From assembly GCF_009914755.1 (NCBI RefSeq), contig NC_060946.1: a DNA stretch of 64,000 bases; one strand, given 5' to 3'. Below the pieces are notes generated by a model, which saw only the letters and a list, made by a program, of their open reading frames with translations, did not search any database and was not told where the DNA came from. The DNA is from the human T2T-CHM13v2.0 reference genome, Homo sapiens. The position numbers and the translations under genes were made by a program. The number at the start of each line of letters is the position of its first letter. The stretch's first letter is position 1. This document shows, one piece after another, positions 1-7,799 of this stretch.

Positions 1-455
1 TGAAAGTTTGTATCAGAACAATTAGACAAGGAAAATAACAAAGCTTTCCAGCTTGGAATAAAAGTAAAAATGTTACTGTTTGTAGATAATATAATTATGC
101 GTATATACAAAACCCTAGAGTGAAACAACAAAAACTGAACTAATAAATGCATTCATTAAGGTATCAGGATACATGACCAACATAAAAATACTTGTGGGGT
201 TTTTTTGTTTGTTTGAGATAGGGTCTCACTCTGTTGCCCAGGCTCATCTCAAACTCCTGTGCTCAAGTGATCCACCTTCCTTGGCCTCTAGCCTCTGAAA
301 GTGTGCAGGGACTACAGAAATGAGGCACTGCACCTGACCCTACATACAAATATTTGTTGCATTTCCATATAGTAACAACAAACTTTCCAAAAAAGAGAGA
401 AAGTTTCCAATTGCAATAGTATAAAAATAAGGAACTTAATCAAAATAAATGTAAA
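1..455 (+). mobile_element. Old LINE-1 ORF2-region fragment, interrupted by a short Alu-family insertion
   Basis: Degenerate match to the L1 ORF2 segment that encodes ...SLFADDMI.Y.ENP... (here gttactgtttgtagataatataattatg...aaaaccctaga). It is A-rich and has no intact ORF. Family assigned from memory of the consensus. Confidence 0.6.
198..341 (-). mobile_element. Truncated Alu monomer (FLAM/AluJ-like), antisense
   Basis: T-rich tail, then gagatagggtctcactctgttgcccaggct...ctcaagtgatccacc...ggcactgcacctgacc. Flanked by similar sequences cataaaaatacttgt / catacaaatatttgt, a likely degenerate TSD. Confidence 0.7.
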
Positions 456-457
456 GT

Positions 458-553
458 GACCGAGCATAGTGACTCACACCTGTAATGCCAGCACATTGGG
501 ATGCCAAGGTGGGGAGATCACTTGAGGCCAGGAGTTCCAGACTAGCCTGGCCA
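458..553 (+). mobile_element. Alu left-arm fragment
   Basis: gaccgagcatagtgactcacacctgtaatgccagcacattgggatgccaaggtggggagatcacttgaggccaggagttccagactagcctggcca is a recognisable Alu 5' end. Confidence 0.75.
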
Positions 554-1532
554 TTGTGTCACAAGGGTGCTGCTAGGTCTGTTGTTTAAATGGCATATAG
601 CAGCATTGTTTCATTTAAAGATGCAGTTTTCAAGAACCTATTTTGAACATTAAGTGAGAACTTACCATACATCTGTGTTTGAGTGATATGGGGTCTGCCT
701 TTGATGGTTGTATTACCAGAGATTTGGACAGTCATGGATTCTTTCTGGGCCATGGAAAGATTAAATATCCTTGAGGACATTAATCTATATGGCAGGCAGT
801 AGGGTAGGGTTTTACAGTTTGTCTGCATATGATGGCCCAAATACCATGTGTATGAATGGGATTGGCTTCTACTAACTACCTGGGAACAGGTTTCACAAGT
901 CTCCATGTGGGTCCCTGAGTGTGTACAACTGGCCATGGACTGTGGCTGTGAGAGCTAGAACTGAGTCACAGGGCTGCTTCAAGGAGCACAGTTGAGGCCA
1001 AGATCTGCAGGCCTGCCTCCAGGGCCATGGCTGGGTGTGTTTCCCTGCAGGTCACTTGATGGGAAGGACCACTTTTGGACTATAGCTGAAGGAGTTTGAG
1101 AGAGGTTGCAGAACTGCTTTGTAATCTTCAGTAAGACCAAGCTCGGTGCCCCATTTCCTTGTCTGTAGCCATGTCTGTGGGCCCTTGAGTTGGCCACCTG
1201 GATGAGGGCCTGCTTTTCCCAAATAACCCTTTTTGATCTTTGGCACCACTGAGGTTTCACAACCCTAACCATAGGCAAGCACCTTTCTACTTCCGTTTTC
1301 CAGGAGTTTACTATTTAAAATATCTTATATACGTGGAATCATACACTGTCACTTTGTTGGTGTCTTATCTCACTTAAAATAATGGCTTTAAGATTTATCC
1401 TTATTGTAGCATCTGACAAGATATTTTCATTTGATGCTAAAGAATATTTCATTGTATGTATAAGCCACATCTTTTTAAATCATTCATCTATTGAAGGGTG
1501 TTTGAGTTTTTTCACTTTTTGGCTTTTGTAAG

Positions 1533-1952
1533 TGATATAGCTTGGATCTGGGTCCCCATTCAAATCTCATGTCAAGTTGCAGTCCCTAGTGTTGGAGGTG
1601 GGCCTGGTGGGAGGTGATGGGATCGTAGGGTTGGCTTCTCACGAATGGTTTAGCAGCAGCCCCTTTGGTACTGTCTTTGCCATAGTGAGTGACTTCTTCT
1701 GAGATCTCATTTTTCAAAAGCATGTGGCACCTTCCCTCTCGTGCTCTCTTGTTCCTGCTCCCACCATGTGAGATGACTCTCTGTCCCTTGTCTTTCTGCC
1801 ATGACTGGAAGCTTTTCAAGGCCTCCCCTAAAGCAGAAGCTGCTATGCTTGCCGTACAGCCTGCAGAACCATAAGCCAATTAAACCTCTTTTTAAAATAA
1901 ATTACCAAGTCTCAGGAATTTTCTTATAGCACTGCAAGAATAAACTAATACA
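1533..1952 (+). mobile_element. MaLR solo LTR (MSTA/MSTB type)
   Basis: Begins tgatatagcttggatctgggtccccattcaaatctcatg, has the typical ...ccaattaaacctctttt...aaattacc.agtctcagg, and ends ...actaataca. About 420 bp, inserted into an L1 fragment. Confidence 0.8.
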
Positions 1953-3170
1953 GTGAATATGGATGTGCAAATACTTCTTTCAGGTATACATTGCATACTT
2001 TAAATAGATGCTCAGAAGTGGAATTACTGGGTCATACAGTAACTTTATTTTTAATTTTTGGAGGAACCTCCATACATTTTTCAGGTGGCTGCATCACGTT
2101 TTTCCCACCAACAGTGTACAAGGGTTTCAATTTCTCTACATTGTTGACAATATATATTATTTTTTGTTTGCTTGATATTGGCCATCTTAATACACAGTAA
2201 TACCTCATTGTGGTTTTTCTTTACATTTTTCTAAAGATTAGAATTTTTTTTCAATAATTGTGTATTTCATCTTTGGAGAAACATTTTCATCTCTTGTCTA
2301 TTAGTCATGTAACTTTTTGTTTTTTTTTTGGAGTTGTTCTGGATGTTATCTTCTGTCAAATATATGTATATTTTGGCTTTTCTGCTGCTTAGGTGGGACT
2401 CTTACTAAAACTTTAATGTGGAGAGATAAATTTAATGTAGTCCTACTTTTCTGTGCTTTTGAATTTTTTGCTCATGTGTTTGATGTTACATGCAAGAAAA
2501 CATTGCTGGGATCAATGTCATAATCTTCCTATATTTTCTTCTAAAGATTGTATAATTATAATTCTTACATTTAAATATTTAACTCATTCAAGACAGTTTT
2601 TGTATATGGTTCAGGGGAAGGATCCAACCTCAGTTTTTTCATATGGATATAGAGTTTTCCAACACCATCTATTGAAGAGACTGTCTTTCTCTTATTGTGT
2701 GGTTATAGCAACCTTGTTGAAGATCATTTGAACATATACACAGTGGTTTGTTTTTGAGTTCTGTGTTCTGTTCCATCATCTATTTGTCTTCTTGCAAGTA
2801 CCACACTGTTTTTATTTAGCTTTGTTTTCTGTTCTAAAAACAGGAAACGTTGTGCATGTAACTTTGTTCTTGTTTTCTAAGAATGTTTGGGCTATCAGTG
2901 GTCCTTTGAAATTCCATGTAAAAGTTAAGAATTGTAAAAAATACTTTTTCACAAAGTATTATTTTTATTTTCATTAGGCTTACGTTGAATTTGAATATCA
3001 CTGTGTAGTATGGTCATTTAACAATATCAAATCAACTGACACAGATAAGAATATGTTCAAGAGTGTGTTGAGTTTCACAGGTTTTTGGATTTGGCAATTT
3101 TGCTTCTGCTTTTGATTTCCAGTTTTATTACAGGTGGTATGAAAGGATGTGTTGTATAATTCAGTGTTGT
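1953..3170 (-). mobile_element. Old L1 (L1M-type) ORF2/3' region, antisense, degenerate
   Basis: T-rich strand with L1 antisense motifs (cagaagtggaattactgggtcata; cccaccaacagtgtacaagggtt; ttttccaacaccatctattgaagagactgtc). The same element appears to continue on the left side of the LTR (~1290-1532). Confidence 0.7.
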
Positions 3171-3174
3171 ATGA

Positions 3175-3292
3175 TGAGAACTACGCTCAATACTTTGATG
3201 ACCAAATAATCTGTACAACAAACCTCCATGACAGAAGTTTGCCAGTATAAGAAACCTGCACATATACTCTGAACTTAAAGTTTAAAAAAAAA
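3175..3292 (+). mobile_element. L1PB-like 3' end with poly(A) remnant
   Basis: aaataatctgtacaacaaacctccatgaca...aaacctgcacatatactctgaacttaaag followed by an A-run. Confidence 0.6.
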
Positions 3293-3876
3293 GGGTGGGG
3301 GGGTTGTTTTGCATTCTAACAGGTTGTCCATGAAACAACAGTTACTCATTTTCTTCTCCACTTAACCCCGACACAGTTTAGTCTTCTTTCTGTTTCTATG
3401 AGTTTAACTACTTTAGGTATCTTACATAAGTGGAATTATATCGTTTCTGTCCTTTTGTGCCTGGGCTTCTTCCACATAAATAAAGCCTTAAAAATGTATC
3501 CTTATTGTGGATTTAACAAAATTTTCTGCTTTTAAGAAGCTGAGTAATATTTAATTATTTATATATTTGAAATTGTCTTTATTCATTTATTTATTAAGAA
3601 AAGTTCTTTTCACTTACTTGCTTTTGTAGATAATGCTACCGTGAATATGGATGTGTAAATTACTCTTCATTTGATAATATATGCAAGGAACTATTTGTGT
3701 TCTTTATTCTGTTTCACTGGTATTTTAAAATTGAGTTATAAAGTATTTCAATTACTATAACTTTATAATAGGTGTTTAAAATCAGGAGGTATGGTGCTTA
3801 TGATGTTGTTTCTCTTTTTGACAGTTGTTCAGCACTTCTGGTCTCTTCAGTTCTGATATGATTTTAGGATTGCTTC

Positions 3877-4149
<273 letters not shown>

Positions 4150-4574
4150 AGGATTGCGTCTTATGTTAATGAGAAATATGCATAGCTGTCATCCGAAGTA
4201 TACCACCATTCCCTTCAGCACTCTACGTCAGAGGAGACACGTCAGGGGAGACAAAATTCCTCTTCGGACAGTCCCTCAAAAGACAGGAATGAGGACATAT
4301 ATTCCACATTTCTCTTTGTCTCCTGAGGAAGAAGCATAGAGTTGGGAGTTTCTCCTGGATTGCACCATGCTGTATTGGGAGGAGGTCAGGCTGCGCTGGG
4401 CATATCTAATAAGCTTTTTCTTCTCTTCTACATGTTTTTGGCATTGTGCTCAACTGAAGTAGTACAAATTCTTAACTATGTTCAGGAATTCTCACAAAGG
4501 CAATGTGATCAGCGTGGTGTTAAGTTCATATATCTATGAAGAAACGAGGACCAGTGGTGTTTGTTTTTACGCTT

Positions 4575-4808
4575 TTCATTTTAAATTTATATTTTATTTA
4601 TTATTTTAATTTTTGTGAGTACGTAGTACCTATATGTATCTATGGATTATATCAGTGATTTTGATGAAGGCATGAAATGCACAAAAATAACATCAGATAA
4701 ATGGTTATTCATTGCCTCAACTATTTGTTCTTTATTTTACGAACAATCTAATAACATTCTTTTAGTTACTTAAAAATGTACAATTAAATTGCTTTGACTA
4801 TAGTCACT
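4575..4808 (-). mobile_element. L1MA-type 3' end, antisense, truncated at the array boundary
   Basis: T-rich tail, then ...ttttgatgaaggcatg...cttttagttacttaaaaatgtacaattaaattgctttgactatagtcac, which is typical of L1MA 3' UTRs. It stops abruptly where the array begins. Confidence 0.65.
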
Positions 4809-5089
4809 CCCGACCAGAGAAAAACCCTGTAGACATTAGTCACTCCTCATTCTGTCTCAAACCCTCTCCCTGACCCTCAGCCCTAGGTAGCAACTACCTA
4901 GTGCGATCAATCCCATATGCATAGATTTCCATATTGTGGACATTTCCTATAAGCGGAATTGCACAATAGGGGAGCTGTTATGACTGACATAACACGTAGC
5001 ACAATATTTTCAAGATTCGTCCACATTGTAGGCTTACCCACAGGGGGAAACCATTTTATTGGGGGCTTTTAGTAACACCGGTGTTTTCT

Positions 5090-5200
5090 CCTTCCTTACG
5101 TCCTTCTTTCCTTCCTTCCTTCCTTCCTTCCTGACTTCCTTCTTTCCTTCCCTCATTCCTCCTATTTCTCTCTTACTCCTTCTGCCCTCTCTCTTTCCTA
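5090..5200 (+). repeat. (TTCC)n / pyrimidine-rich microsatellite, present in every unit with variable length
   Basis: ttccttccttcc... tract; copies near 11390, 17840, 24115, 30545, 36830, 43270, 49555, 55985 and 62430. Confidence 0.9.
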
Positions 5201-5385
5201 TGCCTTAGGTGAATCCCACATTCTGCGTTTTTTTGGGGAAATCCTTGAAAGGTGCAGGAAAATTGTGTTATTGTAACTATTTACCGTTATCTCTCTTTCA
5301 CGGCTCTCCATCAGTTGTGAACATCTATTGGTTTATCCCAAGTCACTAAGCATATTTTCATTAGGTAAACCTGTTTTTCCTTATA

Positions 5386-5517
5386 CAGCTGTTTCTGGAG
5401 TATAGGGTCGCATACTCATAAACCCAGTGTAACTCAGAAACGCATCTAATATTCCAGTAAACCCATCATAACGTTGAAAAATCGTAAATCAAACCATCAT
5501 AAGTCACGGTTTGTCCG
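5386..5517 (+). mobile_element. MER47/Tigger-family DNA transposon remnant (in every unit)
   Basis: ta|cag(c/a)tg...cataaaccca...aaacccatcataacgttgaaaaatcgtaaatcaaaccatcataagtc..gtccg resembles the MER47 MITE consensus as I recall it. Confidence 0.5.
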
Positions 5518-5904
5518 TGGATATGGGCGTCATCAATTCCATTGTATTCAGTAATGCTGTACACCATTAACAATGGCAGACTGATTGGGAGTGGATATTG
5601 ATAGCATTATAAAAGTCAGTTATTAGAGGGATACTTCTTTAACCTGACTGAAGAACTGATCTAATGGCTTTAGTACAGTGCATGATTATGTGCGATGTTT
5701 TGAGACAGAGTAGTACATTTGTGAATGAAATTTTATGGCTTTTTTTTCACTTAGTAGGAACCATTGTGTGTGGAAAAGTGAGAAAATGGCTTTATGCTGT
5801 AGGGTCTGGCATTCATTGTAGATGTAAGCTGATTTTTCTGTGAGCAAATCTTATTCAATAAAATACTACTCTTTATACTAAAAAACAAAAACAGTGGTGA
5901 TGTG

Positions 5905-6236
5905 TGGTCATTACCCTCAGCAAACTTATCCAGGGAAAAGAAAACCAAACGCCACAACTCACTTATAATGGGAGCTGAAAAATGAGATCCCATGGACACA
6001 GGAAGGGGAACAACACACACTGGGGCCTTCCGGGAGACAGAGCGTTAAGAAAAACAGCTACTGCATGCTGGGCTTAATACCTAGGTGATGGGTTGACAGG
6101 TGCAGCAAACCACCATGGCACACGTTAACCTTAGTAACAAATCTGCACATCCTGCACATATACCCCAGAACTTAGGAACGAAACGAAACAAAAGACAACG
6201 AAAAAGCAATAGCAAAACGCTAAAGGCAAAATAAAG
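5905..6236 (+). mobile_element. L1PA (older primate subfamily) 3' UTR fragment with decayed A-tail (in every unit)
   Basis: cctcagcaaact...ctcacttataa.tgggagctga...ggacaca..gaggggaacaacacacactgggg...aatacctaggtgatgggttgacaggtgcagcaaaccaccatggcacacg...cctgcacat.taccccagaactta, then an A-rich tail. Confidence 0.85.
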
Positions 6237-6369
6237 TTTCAAACTGAGAAAGTGACAGACCAACGTCTGGTTCAAATCATGGTTCTCAACCCAGGTGCCA
6301 TAAGGTCGGGATAAAGGATGTGATTACATATTGTCAATAAGACATGCAGCAAATGACCAGAATGATTAT

Positions 6370-6842
6370 TCTCAACATATGTGTGTCTTCTAATTCAATG
6401 GTGACGCTATCTACCGGGACATAGCATTAGATTCCAAAGGGCCGAGTCCCGCCAGACAGGCCTCCCACACTAATAACAATGGGAAGCCCTACGTTGCTTT
6501 ACCTGTGCTTCTCAGCCACTGGCTATAAATCAGGTTGCCACCACTCCCAGATTTAGTTGCATTCATTTGCTGGAAGAGCTCACAGCACGCAGGGAAACAC
6601 TTACATCTGCCGTTGTATTTTAGCGGACATTGCACAAAGTTCAGAAATAAATGTGGGGCCCGGCACGTGGGGAGGGGCGCACTACCTTCCAGGAAGTGTT
6701 ATCCGGAAGCTCTCTGAACCCAGTCCTTTTGGGTTTTGATGGAGACCTCATTCTATAGGCATGATGGGTTAAACCATAGGCTATTGGTGATCAACTCCAC
6801 CTGGGGCTCTCCACCCTCCCTGGAAATTGGGGTTGAGGCTTT
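6370..6842. mobile_element. MER21-family LTR fragment (in every unit)
   Basis: Diagnostic MER21 segments: ggctataaatc.gg; atttgctggaagagctcacag..cagggaaacacttac; ggaagctctctgaacccagtccttttgggtttt.atggag; ggctattggtgatcaactc.acct; ccctccctgga..ttgggg. Confidence 0.7.
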
Positions 6843-6920
6843 GCCATTCTCAGTCTGACTAAAAGAATTTACCCAAACGGAATTTTAAAACAGATGAGCA
6901 TAACTGGAATCTTAATTAGA

Positions 6921-6931
6921 TGATTGGATTA
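6921..6931 (-). promoter_or_regulatory. DUX4/double-homeodomain-type binding motif TAATCCAATCA
   Basis: The + strand reads TGATTGGATTA, an exact fit to the DUX4 consensus TAAYYYAATCA. It is conserved in all 9 complete units (6921, 13229, 19658, 25938, 32363, 38663, 45088, 51376, 57823). Binding itself is not shown. Confidence 0.55.
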
Positions 6932-7393
6932 TCTGGAGCCACACCTTGATATTCCTAACCCGAGCACCCTCATCCAACGAATGCTCCACCCAACTGGCTC
7001 CCAAGTCTCTACGTGGTTCCAGAGCAAAAGGATGTTGATACAACGCATATCTCCACCTTTTCTTCAAAGTCTTTTCGCTTACACGGAAAGACTTCTTCAA
7101 CTGCCATGCATCAGGGTCAGGGGGAGGTCTTGTTACAACACAGATCTGCGGATCTCCGGCGTTTGACTGTGGCAAGGATGCTGCTGGTGTCAAAACCACA
7201 ACGTGGGAACCACAGAACCACTAGTGGGTTTTCAGTGTTTCAGTGCATACAATTCCTAATATTTCTGGCCAAGAAAACTTGTAAGTTCTTAGATTGTCCC
7301 AAAGGTGGCGCATGAAATCAAAGCAGGAGAACAGTTTCCTACGAGGTGTAGCCTGGGAAAGTTGGGGGTGACTGATGGAAAGGAGGAGTGAAG

Positions 7394-7465
7394 CTCCGCC
7401 CTTTCCGCTGCTAGGCTGCGCCCGAGGCTATTTAAACCCACCCTGGCTGGCCTGTACTCAGATCT
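7394..7465 (+). promoter_or_regulatory. Predicted Pol II core promoter: GC box, TATA-like box and initiator
   Basis: CTCCGCCC (7394-7401, an Sp/KLF GC box), TATTTAAA (7429-7436), and Inr CTCA(+1)GA with A at 7460, 31 bp after the TATA T. Local CpG enrichment. TATA positions in the other units: 13737, 20166, 26446, 32871, 39171, 45596, 51884, 58331. Confidence 0.65.
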
Positions 7466-7585
7466 TCGCGGAGCGGATCAGCGGCCGGAGCGTTTGGCGG
7501 ACTCTGCGTGGACTTGGAGCTCACAGCGTCTTGCGACTTGGAAGCGGGTTCAGAGGACGGGACAGAACACTTGGGCAAGTGAATC

Positions 7586-7624
<39 letters not shown>

Positions 7625-7737
7625 CATTGGTTGGTTGATTTCCATTTTCTTAAGGGGCACATACCTCACACCGCACACACACAAACACACACACGCACAC
7701 ACACACGCACACGCACACGCACACACACGCACACGCA
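7586..7737 (+). repeat. (TCTG)n and (CA/CG)n microsatellites in the predicted 5' leader
   Basis: (TCTG)9 in unit 1, with 9,7,5,6,7,6,7,6,6 copies across units 1-9. It is followed by a ~65-bp alternating CACACGCACA tract. Confidence 0.9.
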
Positions 7738-7799
7738 CTCCTTCCTTCTGCGAGTTAGAACATTAGTAGGGGCCCCTGGGAGCTGCAGGTTTCCTAATC

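Noticed and set aside
6524-6529. TATAAA in the MER21 fragment as the gene's promoter
   Set aside because: It is part of the MER21 consensus, ~1.3 kb from the ORF, with many intervening ATGs. The 7429 TATA/Inr pair fits much better.
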